A DNA stretch of 64,000 nt from Peribolospora baueri (GCA_029717555.1 JAMDHS010000070.1:1-64000), one strand, 5' to 3'. Shown: positions 11,811-25,779, numbered from the stretch's first letter. A program made the numbers and translations. Notes: generated by a model from the sequence alone, not told the origin.

Positions 11811-12438
11811 ATGGCTTCTGGCGGCAAGTCTGGCGGCAAGGCCGGTGACGCGGCGACCGGCAAGGTGCGTCCTTGTCCATCCCGTCTTCCTTCCCTGACG
11901 CGCCGCGTCCGTGTCTTCGACTTGCGTCTCACCTTCCCTCAACTACTACTGTCTTTCCCCTTTTTCTCCTCGCTCATCTACAGTCCCAGTCCCGCTCGGC
12001 CAAGGCCGGTCTGCAGTTCCCCGTTGGTCGTATCCACCGTATGCTCCGCAAGGGCAACTACGCTCAGCGCGTCGGCGCCGGCGCTCCCGGTGAGTCGTCG
12101 CTCGACTCGACCGCGGCTACGTGACGGAGGTCGCATTCGCTCACCCTCGTCTCTTCCCCTGGCCCTCCTTCCCTCCCCTCTTAGTCTACCTCGCGGCCGT
12201 CCTTGAGTACCTCGCTGCCGAAATCCTCGAGCTCGCTGGCAACGCCGCTCGCGACAACAAGAAGACGCGTATCATCCCCCGCCACCTCCAGCTCGCCATC
12301 CGCAACGACGAGGAGCTCAACAAGCTTCTCGGCCACGTCGTCATCAGCCAGGGTGGTGTACTCCCCAACATCGCCGCCGAGCTCCTTCCTCCCAAGACCA
12401 AGTCCAAGAAGGCCGGCACTCAAAGCCAGGAGCTCTAA
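11811..12438 (+). CDS. HTA1: Histone H2A with C-terminal SQEL (2 introns)
   Basis: [12 protein letters not shown]... / [35 protein letters not shown] / [27 protein letters not shown]...SQEL. Confidence 0.97.
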
Positions 12439-12837
12439 GGCGCCCTCCTTGTCGGCGCCTCCATCTGTCTTTTTGTCCCTTTGGTGACCCGCATGCTGTA
12501 TTACTAGTCCCTCCGCGCTCGACCCCGCTGTTCAATAGTTCCGGAAATCCACGAGCTTTTTCCGCACAAAATCCTGCTGGTTGCTTTCCCGTCATGGTTC
12601 GGGAAGAACAGGGCAAGTATATCGTACATGGAAACGGAAAAGTCGCAGGGTGAGAAAACAAACAAGTGGGGGAAACATAGTCGCGAATGCGAGACCGTAC
12701 GATCGAACGAAATGAATGCGGCTGTGGCACCGGCACCACGATTTCGGCACGTGCACACACATGTGATCGCAATAAAGAAAATAAGGGTGGAAGGAAGAAA
12801 TGGGAACACAAAAGTCAGGTCGTACGTAGGTGCGCCG

Positions 12838-15800
12838 TCACGACATGGTCACAGCACGACTGAGGGGACCGGGAGTGCGCGCCGGACGCAAGAGCGGACG
12901 GACCTGACGGGGGGGGGGGGGGGGGGGGGGGGGGGGGCGGAGGAAGCGACGCAGTGTGGGCACAACACAACGATCAGACACGTACTGGCTGCAAGCGAAT
13001 TCACGTCTAACGCGCTGGAATCAAAAAGAACGCCGACGCGGGCTCACCAGTTCGACAAACAAAGGCACGAGCTCCGGCAAGGCCGACAGCTCCGGCGGCT
13101 CCGGCGGTCGGTTCTTCCTGCCCGTCTTACCGCCTGATGCCCCTCCTTTGCCGGTCGGAGGGAGAGGAGGAAGGTCCTTGTCTCTGTCTTGTAGAGATGG
13201 AGCCGCATGCACGGTGACACTGCCGCTGCCATGACGACCGTCGCCTCCGGTGGTGTCTGGCGTCTTCTCGGCCACGGGCGTCGTCGTCGTCGTCGTCATT
13301 GACGATCTGTCGCCGCCCTCGTCGTCGGCCCTCACCGTACCGTAGTTCCACCTTCGCGAAAGGTTGGTCGAGCGTCGGACACGCCGCTCTTGACCGTCCG
13401 GGCCCACTTCGACGACCTCTTCGTCCTCCTCTGCCCCGCTCTCTTCCTCCAACGAGTCATCGGTCACATCTCTCTTCTCCTCTTCCTCGTCCTCCTCGTC
13501 CTCGTCTTCGTCCTCACTCTCCTCAGCCGCGATATCATCAGCCTGGCCGAGGACCATGTCTCCGAAGCCTAGATTGTCCACCACGGCGCCGATGAAGAGA
13601 GCCTCGTCATCCCTCGTCATCAGCTGTCCATCCGCCTCCTGGCCTTTGGCCCTGAGCCTCCGCCTCATCCGCTGCTCGTGAGCGAGCTTGAGCCGGTAGT
13701 GGTACACCGCCACCTTGTCCACCTCGTCTAGGATCCTCTTCCTACTTTCCGCGTCCTGCGCGTGAGGCAGTAGCACCTCCAAGTCCACCTCGCCCGCCCC
13801 TCGACCCCTCCCACCGTTCGAAGCGTCCGACGACGGCGGACCGAGGCCGTCGCGAACAAAGTTGACGAACAGCTCGATCCAGTGCATCAGCCCGTCAAAG
13901 AGGCCGGAGCCTTTGCTGTGCACCTGGTGGACAAAGTTGTAGAACCGACCTTCGTTTCTCTCCACCAGGTCGATAAACATTTGTACCGTCCGTTGCGGGT
14001 CCGTGTATGCCACTAAACGCAGACACGAGACGGGCATGCGGGAGGAGGAACGAGCGGTCCGGGGCATTGGCGTCAGCGAATCCCTGTCCGACCGGAAAAC
14101 CGCCGATCGCAACTGCAAACTCACCTTCCTCGCTCGCCTCTACCGTCCGAATGAGGTCGTTGATAAAGGTTTGCAGATCGCTGATCGAATCTGCAATGTT
14201 GGCCGCCTTGTACACCTGAGCCAGCGGGGAGTAGAAAATGGTGACCATGTCCTTGAGCAGATCGGCGGTGACGCCCTGAGTGCATGAGAATGGATGATGG
14301 TGGGAACATGAGGCGAATTAGTTCGTCCTAAATCGAACTCTGAGGCACCTCGTCCCCGACCGACATAAAACTCACCTCGAAAATCAGCTCGATCATTTGC
14401 TCCTTGTCCCTCAAGCGGGTGTACATCCTCATGAGGACATGCAGATCCTCAAACAGCCAAGCGTCGTCATTGTCCGGTCCCTGGTCCTCTTCCAGGTCGT
14501 CCAAGCTGTCCTTGTACCGCTTGTACTCCTCGAACGCGCGGTTGGCGCGCACGACGCGGTGGATCTGCGCACGGTTCAGCAGAGGGTGCTCGCCGGATCG
14601 GAGAATCACGGCAATCAGGTCGAGGTTCTCGTTGGCTGTGGATGGCAGAAGGGCGGAGTAAGCAACATGGTTGCCGTCGACCGAGCGAGCGAGCCTGTCT
14701 CCATGACTAGACAGACGGCATCATCACGTCCCCTGTCATGAAGCCCTCATAAACTTACTTGCATCATCCTTGAACATCTGTTGCACCTCGGGAGGCGCAT
14801 ACACAAACAGCCGGACCTTCTCCGCCAGCACGTCGTCTTCGATTTTTGCCTTGACAGCTTCAACGGCGTCCTGGAGCTCGCGAACGTCGTCCGTCAGGGA
14901 ACTCGAGAACATGCTAGCGGTTGGACAGAAGGGGACGAGGGCCGAGTCAGACGAGGTCGGACCGTCGATGACCGACCGGATTCGCGTCCGCAGGGGCGCC
15001 ACTCACCGCTGTAACAAGCTCTTCTGCCCGAAAGGCTGGGCCAAGAACAGATCCAAGACGGCGCGGATCATGCTAACGGGGTTACTGATCCTGAGCACGC
15101 CCTTGAGCATGAAGTAGGGCATTAGACCGTGCATCCGCTTGAGCTGCAAAAAGTGGTCCGACGAGGTGTCCGACCCTACGAAGAGATGGTAAATTGTCGA
15201 GGCAAGCCTGCGTGCGGCGGTGGAGAAAGGGCCATAAGCAACGTCAGACAGATGGCGGAGCAGACGGACGAGAGGAGACGTCAGTGATGATACGAGGCCA
15301 CTTACGAGATCCTCGCCCACTCCATGACTTTGCGGTACTGAATGGGAAGGTCTTCGATGTTTGGAGTCGTCTTGATCGTGCTGAAGACGCGAGAGAGGCC
15401 GTCTGGTAGACACAAGACATGACGGAAGAGGTGAAGGTTAGGCGCAGAGAAACACTCAGCCGGTGTCGCCCAAGGAGGGAACACAAGCTGGAAACGGCGA
15501 CGGACACTCACCTCTTCTTACGAGATCCTCCTTAAAGGCCGACAAATGACTCTCGAGCTCCTTGACGCGTTTCCCAGCCTCTGCATCGAACTTGTTCTGC
15601 TCATCCCTGCGAATCTCATCCATCTGCTCTCTCCTTTCCACGTCCTCTTCCTCGGCCTTTGTGAGCGTTGTGAGTTCGCCGAGGAGGAAGTCTCGGAAGG
15701 CGGGGCTGTCGGCGACGACGCGGATGGCGAGGAGGGCGCGGAGGTAGGCGCGCAGAGTGAGTCTGTTCTTCTCTCGTGCCAAGGGCCCGGAGGGGAACGG

Positions 15801-17464
15801 GAAGGGAGGGAGAGGCGACTGAGGCGGCCCTCCTAAGGTGGTCGGACCGGGCTGAGAGACAGTCCCATCCTGATAGCCTTGAGGGTGGCCAGAGAAAGAG
15901 GTGGACGCGAAGCTGTCCGCCGTGTTCACCGAGAGCGGGCTCGGAGGGTAAGGACGATCAGTGCCAGGACTTAGCAGGTCCGGCTGCGCCAAGCCGCCGT
16001 CGGCGAGCGAGCTGGAGCTGCTCGCGACCGATCTACTGCCGTCGCGTCTGCGCTCTCTGGGGACATACAAAGGCGGAGGCATCGTTGGGCGCTGGCCGCC
16101 GCCGCTACCGCCATGCTGAGGTGGAAGTGGAGGGACAGGTGGCGGATCAGAGCCGGTGCGCCGGTGCGTCGGCCCTGGGTCGTGGCGCATCGTCGGCGTG
16201 CCCGGTACGGACCGTGGAGGGGCTCGCATCTCTGTCTGCGAGCGGTCCTTGGGAGGCGGACTGCGAATGTCTTCCTCGGGAAACTCCGTCCTCAGCTAAG
16301 GGAGCGATGGAAAAAAGAGGCGGTGATAGCAAATGAGTGACAGAGCATGAACGGCCTCGTTTGTTTCGAGCGGCCTCGCGCTCACCGTCTCCGCTAGTCG
16401 TCCAAAGTCGCCGTATCGCCTCGAGACGAAAACGTCGGGGTGCCCTGGCCTGCGCGTGCGAATGATAAACTCCTGTGGGAGAAGAGAGGCGAAAACGAAG
16501 ATTGGGTGAGATTGGCTACGCCGAAGGTGGGGAAAAGGAGGAAACGAAAGAGACGCAAACCGACCTCGTGTGCTTTGGAGCGGACGCGTCCTTTGGAAAC
16601 GACGGTGCGGACGGTGACGACGTTGAGGTCAAAGTCGTTCCCTGCGCCTCCGGCGGCGGCCCTCTTAATGTCGCCGAGTCTGCGCATGTCCGCCTCGCTG
16701 ATGCGCACCACGTCCTCTCTGCCGCCCTTGACTCGTACAGCAGCGTTGAGGAGTAGACCTACGTGCTTCTGTAGCTTGCGGCCCATCTTCCTGCGCTTGC
16801 TGTCCTCCTCCCTGTCGACGGTGGTGGAGATGTTGCGAGAGAGGAAGCGGTCGACGAAGACTTGGACCTTGTCGGAGAAGAAGTTGGGTGGTGCGGAGCG
16901 GAGGAAGGGGAAGGTGAGGACGAAGTGACGGAACATGAAGCGGAGGAAGGGTAGATCGATCTGGTGAGCTCGCTTGGAAGGCGTGAAGGGCGGGCCGAAG
17001 GTGGACAAGGCATCTGAACGTCGGCCGGTGACGGAAAGGGATCAGCATCGAGGTCAGCCACACCGAGGGCTCCAAAGCGAGCTGCCCCATGCTCTTTTTT
17101 TCTTTCTTTCCCTTCGAACGAGTGGGCCACCCTCCCATCGGCCGCCCCGCCTCGCCTCGCTTCGCTCACACGCACCCGGTCTGCTGAGCTCGGCGAGCTC
17201 GTATTCGAGCTGCAGCTTGATGAGCGTCTTCTTGAGATAGTGGGCCCGGACGGGGGTCAACTCGAGCGGTCCTCCGGCCTGTGCGTCTGCCTCTGACGGT
17301 CTGAGACCCTTGATCCTGTTCGCCAGCGCCTCGGTCTCGCGTTCAAGCTTGGCGTCCGTTTGTCGGGCGCGAGCATCTTGGTACGGGGACGCCGGGTAGG
17401 TGAAGCCAGTGGCGCCGGCGGCCAGCGGGGGCGCGGGGGCGAGGGAGGAGGCGCCGCCGGACAT
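12838..17464 (-). CDS. PX-domain protein with PX-associated and DUF3818-type regions (yeast Ypr097w-like), multi-exon
   Basis: LTPVRAHYLKK, FGPPF, FVLTFPFL, REKNRLTLRAYLRALL, HGLMPYFMLKGVLRISNP, LFLAQPFGQKSLLQR, IFYSPLAQVYKAANI, FYNFVHQVH. GT-AG introns between the blocks; last exon VRPLLRPARTPGPLSRAVTMS*. Confidence 0.85.
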
Positions 17465-18193
17465 GAGGACGGGGTGGAGGGATGGGGGATGGAGGAAGGC
17501 GAGGAGGAGCGTCGATTTTTCGGACGACCGACTACGATCGGTCGGCCTAGGCAGGAACGATGATGGTAGGGCGCGGTCGGCTAGACGAGGCGAGGCCACG
17601 TGCGGGCGTCGAGAGGGACGGAGGAGGGCGATGATGGATTCCTGCTTTCTTCCTTCTTCCATCCGTCCGTCTAGGAAGGAAAATACATGCACGGCAACTG
17701 CATTCTGCTCTGCTCTGCAGTCCCACGTCAGTCAGTCAGTCGCTCCATCCGTGCACGGCGCTCCCCACAGGACGTTCGCTGGCTCGCCCGTCGGTCGTCG
17801 ATCGTCAAAGTCAAGCCCGACCGCTGTATCCACCTCGCTCCTCTTCATCGTCGCAGCTGGCGCGGGGAAATCGATGCGATGCGCAAGGCGATGATGAGCA
17901 ATGGGTCCTTTTCTCACGCCGTGCCCGTCTGCATCTTATCTATCGCACGACGGACGATTGGTTCGCTCGCTTCATTTACGCGCGTGCCAGAGTAAACCTA
18001 GCTCGCGCCTGCTATTCTTGACTCTGGCCCCAAGTCGGTCGGCAACTGACGGCGTCCTCGTATAAGTAAACCAACCCAACGAACGAGCTGAGGAGCCCCT
18101 CTTTGCCCTTCTCTTCGCCCTCCCCGCACAGCGACCAGCTCCACCGCTTCTCTCCACACCCAACCCGACATCAAGCGGAAATCGAGCAAGCCA

Positions 18194-18589
18194 ATGTTCG
18201 CCGTCCGAGCCCCCTCCCGCTCGTTCTCCTCACCCGGCCGCATCATCTTGCCGCCCCATTCCCCCTCCCCGTCCCTTGCGCCCTCCCTCACGGCACAAGG
18301 CCAAGGCGCCAAGCTCTCCCGTCTCGTCCGCCGCTTCCGGCAGGGCGTGGGGAAGCGCAAGAGGGAGGTGTCGGAGAGGAAGAAGGCTAGGAGGCGCGAC
18401 GAGGATGCGAGGAAGGCGGCTTGGGCCCTCCTCGCGCCCTTGTATGGTCCTGAATACGTCGCCCACGAGCTCGAACGGCGGCTGCCCCGGCTCGCCTGCG
18501 CCGGGGTGGGCGCCGGTGGGCCGTGGTGGGAGCCGGTGATAGGATGGCCGGATGAGGAAGAAGTACATTATCTTTACGCCGTTCTGTAG
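18194..18589 (+). CDS. Hypothetical 131-aa basic protein
   Basis: ATG-initiated intronless ORF with GC3-rich codons. TATA-like TATAAGTAAA at 18061 and a pyrimidine-rich leader. No family recognised. Confidence 0.5.
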   Translation: MFAVRAPSRSFSSPGRIILPPHSPSPSLAPSLTAQGQGAKLSRLVRRFRQGVGKRKREVSERKKARRRDEDARKAAWALLAPLYGPEYVAHELERRLPRLACAGVGAGGPWWEPVIGWPDEEEVHYLYAVL

Positions 18590-20546
18590 ATTGCACGAGG
18601 TATTACACGGCGAGCGGCCGTCGTGTTCGTTCACTCTAGGCAACCTCCCAAGATGTAAGCGGTCCGCTCAACCGTTCCCGTTCCCGTTTCTCCTCCTCGC
18701 CCTTTAGGTCCCTATCTCGCAGCGTCATGAACACCAACGCCACATCTCATCTCGTCTCGGTCTTGAGCGCGAATCCGGACGGCACCGATTCGCGACACCG
18801 TCCCACCCCGAGGGTCTTGCCGCTAAGCGGGCGGCGGGTTCACGTTGGACGAAGGCCAGACTTGACTCTCGGTCCGCCGTCCCCGGACAGCGGACCGAAG
18901 TCTCGCGTCGCGACGAGCCGGTAGACGGGACGTCGACGTCGTCGATGCGGACGTCCTCGCGCGGGGACGGATCCGACGGGGAAAGCTTCATTCCCTTTGA
19001 GATCGCCCTGCCAGTCTGTCCGTCCCCGTCCTCACATCTCTCTCTTCGAGCAGGCGGTGGACGAATCCGAAGATCACGCCCGGTCACCGCATCGATGATT
19101 CGTTCGTCTTCTCCTTGACCGCCGTATGTATGTACATAGAATGCGAGGACGGGTGAGTGTGAGGGGAATGATATGACGACACTGTTCATTCGACATTCGA
19201 CGTCCGTCCGTCCGTTCGTCCTGCAGCGCCACGGACGCGAGGGCGGTGTCGGAGCCGGCCTGGAGGCTCTGCCTGGGCCAATGAGATGAACGGGGGTGTT
19301 CGTGATACGTACGGCTGGTCGACGAGCGGTCGGCGGCGTTCGAGAAAGGGTTGGCAGGGGGAGACGTCATGGGCTAAGTGGACCGAGCGGTGTCGGTCGG
19401 TGGAAGGCAGACCGCGGTGGGTTATTAGCATTGTTTGGAGCGCTGCGCCCGGCGCGAGCTAACTACCGTCGTCGATGGCGATGGGCTGTGCGAGAACAAC
19501 CAAAATAAGCGCCTCGGGTTCGTTCCCTCCTCCTCTCCGTCTCCGTCTTCGTCTCCGTAAGAAGAGAAGCTAGCGGAGGCGGACGGACGGGCCCCGGTGA
19601 TGACGGCCAGCGAGCATGAGCATGAGCGGGCACGTATATTTCCTGTACCTAGATCAACCCTTTCCTATATGACGAGAGAGAACGGGGAGTAATGGAGTAG
19701 GGTCCGGTTGGGCGGGCTCAAAAGTCGGAGGACGGGACGCCCTCGTTCATCCCGGAGTGCCTATGCCTTTGTCTGTGTTCTGTGTCTGTGTGTCTCATCC
19801 ACGGGCGTCGACCTTGCCGTTATGCTCTGCTCTGCTCGGACCGTCTGACGATCACCGGTCAGTCACGATGCCGCCGAACGCAGTGGCAGTGGCGCTACAG
19901 CTACCTGCTGCGCTCGTCGACTCGGAAGCAAAGGGTCATCATGTTCCGTCCGGGTCGAAGCGAGTTGGGGTGGCTGAGGAAGTGAGTGAGTGGACAGCGA
20001 GCGGCCTGGCCCGGACGGAACTGGAGCCGGGATGAGTGGACGATCGGTTCGGTGGGCGTTAGCCACGTCACAGGCGGAGGATGGTAACGTGGGGAGTAGT
20101 GGTAAGTGAGTGAGCGAGCTGTGTGTGTCTGTCTGCGCACGATCCGGACGGACGATTGGCGGAGAGTTGCGGAGACTGATGCATGGTGGTACATGCGAAG
20201 GCCGACGATGACCACCACTACGACGTCCGCCGCCTCCTCGCAACATGTGCGCCGCCACCGCCACCGCCGCCACCGACCGGCATCAGCCCGTCCACGGAGC
20301 GTATAAAGCCGAGACCGACCACGGTGGCTTCCCCTCCTTCTTTCCACCACCTCGCTCCTCTTCCCCCACTCCACTACTCCTCTCAACCATCATCCAGTGA
20401 GTACCTGTCGCACACCGACGGCCGTCGCTGTCGCTGTCGCACACTCGCCCTCGCCCCTTCTTGCTCACCGCGTTTCCCCCGCTCTCCTCCGTCCCTCCCC
20501 TCCTCCCATCCTCCCTCCTCCGCCTTGGCCGCTCGCTCTCCCAGCC

Positions 20547-21077
20547 ATGGGTTTCTTCAGCTCTAACAGCCGCGACCAGGTCTACGGTGCCGAGTCCGAC
20601 GAGCACAAGAGCAAGCTCTCCCACGAGCTCATCGGCGGTGCCGCCGCCTTCGAGGCCATGAAGGCTTACGTGAGTCTCCACTCCCACGGGCCTCAACAGT
20701 AAGAGGTGCCGTTGACCGACAAGAGCGCCGACCATACTGACTAACACTCCCCGCCGCGCTCGCTCCGCCTTGGTCCGTTTCAGGAGAACCACCAGGCCCA
20801 GAACGGCAAGCCCGCCAGCCACGCCCTTGCCAAGGAGATCATTGCCGGCATCGCCGGCGCTGAGGTCGACAAGCTCTTCGAGACCAAGGGCCTTGACTTC
20901 GTTGAGTGAGTAGCGTAGCGTAGCGAGCGCTTGTGGCCGCCGCCGAGCACAACGACCGTCGACCGCTTACCCGTCATGCTATCTCGTCTTGCCGCCGACA
21001 ATAGCCGCGAGAAGGCCAAGTACCACGCCAAGCACGAGGCCGAGCAGCAGCTCGAGAACCAGTACGGCCAGTGGTAA
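20547..21077 (+). CDS. CipC-like / DUF3759 small protein (3 coding exons, plus a probable 5' UTR intron)
   Basis: HKSKLSHELIGGAAAFEAMKAY / ENHQAQNGKPASHALAKEIIAGIAGAEVDKLFETKGLDFVD / REKAKYHA. TATAAA at 20302. Confidence 0.9.
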
Positions 21078-21829
21078 ACGGTCCACCGTTCGTTATCCCC
21101 CTGTGCTACCTCTTGTTTGCCTGTGTTGGCTCCAATACCAAGTCGAGTCGCGATGAAATGAAATGAAACGAAATCAATATCGAACGAGAGGTCCCTATCT
21201 ACTGAATGGGCTGGTTGCGTGCTTGGCTCGAGGACTCGATTCAAGCACTCGCATGTGAATGAATGGCCAAAGAGCGTCGAAGCGCCCAGCCTTGCAGAAA
21301 GATACTGTTAGCTGACTGATGATGATTAGAACGAGCTGAGCACGCCCTCATGCTCGCCGGCGGTGCGGTCGCATAGCACGTTCCGACGCCAACAGCGCAC
21401 GTTCCACTCAAACCCGCTCTCCCTCATTCCCCCAAGTCCGAGTCCCGGAGCAGTGCCTCGAAGCGCCAAGCCAAGCACATGCGCCCGTATCCGTATGCAC
21501 GCTTCGCCCCACTACCCAAACCGCCTCCGTTCCCCGCAAGATGCGACGCCGTTTGGACGGACGGGCGGACGTAGAGATACGGCGATACACATGGATGGCG
21601 CCCTCACACGTCATGTCATGTTAGGACTTCTCTCACTAGAACAACGCGACGCACCTCGTCGCGTCAAGGGAGGGCTACTCCCCGCCGCAGCCGATCGCCG
21701 CAGTCGATGGATGAACATGACATGACACCTCGGTCGTCGCTCACACTTGCATCTGCAAGTCCCCGCCGAGCCTGGCGCAAGTTCTCACTATACGTATAAG
21801 TTCTTTCCTCGGCCCCAAGCCCGTTTGTC

Positions 21830-23791
21830 ATGGCGGAGAACGCCGACTTGAGCGCTCGGCTCACGTCCATCGCCGCTCTGCCCTCCCAATCCAACAAGGT
21901 ATCCTCCTACGTCGACCTCCTCTACGAGCTTCTCTCCAGCCCTCGTTCTCGTTCCCCCTCGACGCCGGAAGAGGAAACCGATGAGGCGGTCACGTCCTCC
22001 ATCGACGCTTTCCTCTCCGATGCCGTCTTCTCGGACTCGAATAGCGGAGGCGGAGGCCTTGTCGTTGGCAGGCATGTGTTCGGAGAGTTTGTAAAGGCTT
22101 TGGGACGTCTTGCGACGACGACGGCGGGGGTGGCAGAGGTGGTGGAGGAGGATGGCGAGGCTGCGGAGAGGATCCCTGAGGTTGCTGCGATTCGGGAGAG
22201 GGAGACGAGGAAGACGGTGCTGGAGCGCGCTGTGGAGAAGGTGCAGCCTAGGATCGTCAGTTTTGAAGAGCAGGTGAGTGCTGTCGTGTGAGCAAAAAAG
22301 ATAAAAAAAGAACAGGTCGTCCGTCCGTGTTCTCCTTTGTTCCGTCGCCAAACGAGCCCTCTTTTTTTTCTGGTGACGCAGGCTTCCGCTCTGCGTGAAC
22401 AGCTCGCGGCCATGCTCGAGGACGAGGAGGACTGGTCGGAGGCGGCCAGAGTCCTCCAAGGCATTCCTCTCGATTCGGGTCATCGGTGAGCGTCGGCATA
22501 GACACACTTCCCGTGTCCATTCCTGTTCTCATCGCCCATCGGCCCGTTTCCAAACTCCGCTCAGCTCCACGTCGGACGACTACAAGCTTCGCATTTACCT
22601 ACGTATCACTCGTCTCCTCCTGGAAGAAGGAGACGCGGTCGCGGCGGATGTTTACCTCAAACGTGCCTCGCTCCTCATCCACACCACCAAGGACCGCACG
22701 CTCCAGCTGACGTACACGCTCAGCCGGGCGCGCATATTCGACTACCAGCGCAGGTTCGCGGAGGCCAGCCAAAGATACCACGAGGTCAGTTACGCGGCGG
22801 ACGTGGAGGAAGGAGAACGGTTACAGGCGCTGTGAGTCGACGACGTCCTCGTGGATCCGTGTCGTTTCCGACTTCTCGCTCACAAACTCTGGCGTTGGTT
22901 CCCTACGCCCCCCCTTCTTTGTCTTTTGCCCACAGCCAAGCAGCCGTCATCTGCGCAGTCCTGGCGCCCGCAGGCCCACACCGCTCGCGCATCCTGGCGA
23001 CGCTCAATCGAGATGAGCGGACGGTGCAGCTGCCCTCCCACACGATGCTCTCCAAGATGTTCCTCGACCACATCATCCGTCCACACGAGGTCAATGACTT
23101 CGAGGCACTCTTGCAGCCCCACCAGCTCGCCAAGCTGCCACCGTCCGCTCATGATTGCGCGCTCGAGGAAGCTCCTCCTTCCGTCGACGGCGTCGAGTCG
23201 GATGTGGACGCCAAGATGGCCGGAAGGGACGGTGGCGACGGCGCGGGAGGAGGGCCCGTGTCGACCCGTTCGGGGCCGTCGACGGTGCTGGACCGTGCGG
23301 TGATGGAACACAACGTGCTATCCGCGTCGCTGATCTATACCAACATCACCTTTGGCGGTTTGGGCGCATTGCTCGACCTCTCGTCGGCGGGGGCGGAGAG
23401 CGTGGCGCGGAAAATGATCGAACAGGGGAGGTTGAGGGGGCGGATCGATCAGGTGGAGAGGGTTGTCTACTTTGAGCCTATGCGCGGGGAGGGAGAGGGT
23501 GGCGGCGGCCCGACAATGACGGCGGGCGCGGGGGGGGACAGCAAACCGTCCGCGGGAGGCCTGGCGGAGATGCTAGGCGAGGGAGGAGAGAGCCAGGGTG
23601 GCGCGGGAATATGGGACGTGGAGGGCACGCTGCTCACGCGGAGATGGGACCAGTCGATTCGCAAGAGCGCGAACGCGGTGGAGGAGATTGTGAGGCTGCT
23701 CAGGGAGAAGGATCTCCTTCCGCCTGAAAATGACGGAGGAGCAGGCGACCGCCCCGGTCTCGGTGCGACCGCGACGGCGGTATCCGGTTGA
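21830..23791 (+). CDS. CSN4: COP9 signalosome subunit 4
   Basis: VQPRIVSFEEQ, EDEEDWSEAARVLQGIPLDSG, YLRITRLLLE, CAVLAPAGPHRSRILATL, PCI region LDRAVMEHNVLSASLIYTNITF...GRIDQV, and WDQSI. Confidence 0.95.
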
Positions 23792-24599
23792 TCTTGGAGA
23801 TGATCGCAGTTACGATTCGACGACGTCTGTTCACGTACTTGTCTACATACACACGACACGGTACATGTACAGCTGCCATTCATTTCCATTTGTACCATCA
23901 GCAACATTTTGAGACGAGGACAATGCTCCCAAACCGATTCATCATCGAGGCCCACGCCCCGCCGTCCGTCCGCCCCATCACTACCTCGAACGACGAGATA
24001 ACCGGACGACCAACGCGTTCGCACACCCAGCCGAGCGGAGGGACGAAGCTGAAGCTGGACTGCGTGCGAAGCATCGCTTCGACACACCGTCCGAGGGTGC
24101 CCCCTTGTACAAAGCCTCGTCCATCCATCCTCGCCGGCGCTTTACAAGCGGGGGTTCTCAGGCGACGGCCCAAGCAGTGCGTAAGGACGGCTGGTTCAGT
24201 TTCAAGTCCCAAGCTTGTCCAAATAAGGGGGGGGCGGCTAAAACTAAGACGGGGTTCTCACCAGTTTTACCGCACGTGCTGGTCTGGAGATACGGGTCAC
24301 GAAAGAAGGAAGGATGGCGAATGCGAATCGCGCACGGGCCACACTCCGCCGCAACCGGCAAGGCCCATCATCGCGACGACATGCATCCGACGACTTCCTT
24401 TCCGCTTCCATCACGACTACAGCTCGCAAGGCTCTACTGAAGCGCTCCACTTTGCGAGAGGCTCACTCAACGACAGCTGAAGCCGATAAACGAGGACGGT
24501 ATAACAGCGCTGCTCAATTCGGAACAGTTCGACATCGCTCCAACATTCGACATGGAAGCGGACAACGTCTCGCGCTCTGAGCCTACGCTTTGTTTTAGC

Positions 24600-25100
24600 A
24601 ACTGACTGGCGCTTCTGGACACACCTTGTCTGTCCCCTCTCAGCGTAGCACCGCCACCCAGCGTAGCACCTCCTCGCGGAGCAGCGGTAGGTCCCGCAAC
24701 CACTCCTTGCGCGCCAGGGAGGTGGTGCTCGTCCGACAGACCCCTAGGCGCAAGGTCCACGTTCAAACTTGGGTCCACGGGAACCCGTTCGTGGCTGACA
24801 GCGGACTAGTCTCCACCGTCGAGGAGGACGAGCAAGAGATCTTCGGGACCTGGTCCCAGTGGTGCTCTGAGGTCTGCTCTGAGGCCTGGGGTCCGTATGG
24901 CGACTCCATCGACCGAGGTACTTCCCGCTTCCTTTCCGTTTCCCCAAGCCGGGACACGAACTGGTACAGCCAGAGCTACAAGCCGGCCCAGGTCGTTCCT
25001 ACCTGTGCCTTGACATAGGGAGAGTCTTTCGTCTTCGAGTCTGGTGTCGACTCCACGGACAGTCCCGTTCCGCCTCTTCCGAACCTCCCAGCGACGCGTT
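24600..25100 (+). mobile_element. Possible retrotransposon gag relic
   Basis: QTWVHGNPF...IFGTWSQWCSEV..EAWGPY resembles the Trp-rich retrotransposon gag domain. Disrupted frame in a TE context. Confidence 0.3.
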
Positions 25101-25779
25101 TGGTGAGCACGGTGGGCAATGTCCAAGGCGGTCAACGACGCCACCACCTAAGCAACTGTACCCTTGAGCGCTCCGGTTCTCTCCGTCGCTCGACCCGCTC
25201 GACCGTCTTCTCCAAGTCGTGAGAAGGCTCCGCCTCGAATGATTCAGAACAGGTCAACCCGGATGCGATGACGATTGACTTGGACCAGGTTCGGTTGACT
25301 TTGAATGCTCTCCCTGGGGCACCCCCGGCCAATACCGTCCATCAGGCCCCCTCGCCCATCTCTCCTCCTCCATGCGCCCCGAGCATTCCGCGCTCCAACT
25401 TGCTGTTCTTCCGGCAACGCCAAAGCCGGAGGAGTGCCGTCGCTCCCAGTGTTGTCGAGGGCAAGAGCGGAGCATGCAAGGGCCAGACGGCGTCTTCGGC
25501 TTTGCAGGATGCGCCTAGAGGAAGGTCGAGGAGGTGGATCTGGAACCCGGAAGCTCATGGGCAGAGGATGATGTGAAGGCGGGTGACAAGCCGAAGGCGA
25601 CGGGCCAGACGGTGGGAGTGCTGTCCCAGCATAGGGAGAGGGAGAGGTGGTGGTGAGAACGGTCGGCTCGCTTTTGCCTAGGTGCTGCTTGAGTCTGGAT
25701 TGTCTAGGTTTTTCTTTGGTTTGCTTCCCTGCTGTCTCTTTCCCGTCGACGTCCCTTCTCTTTCTATTTCTTCTCCTTT

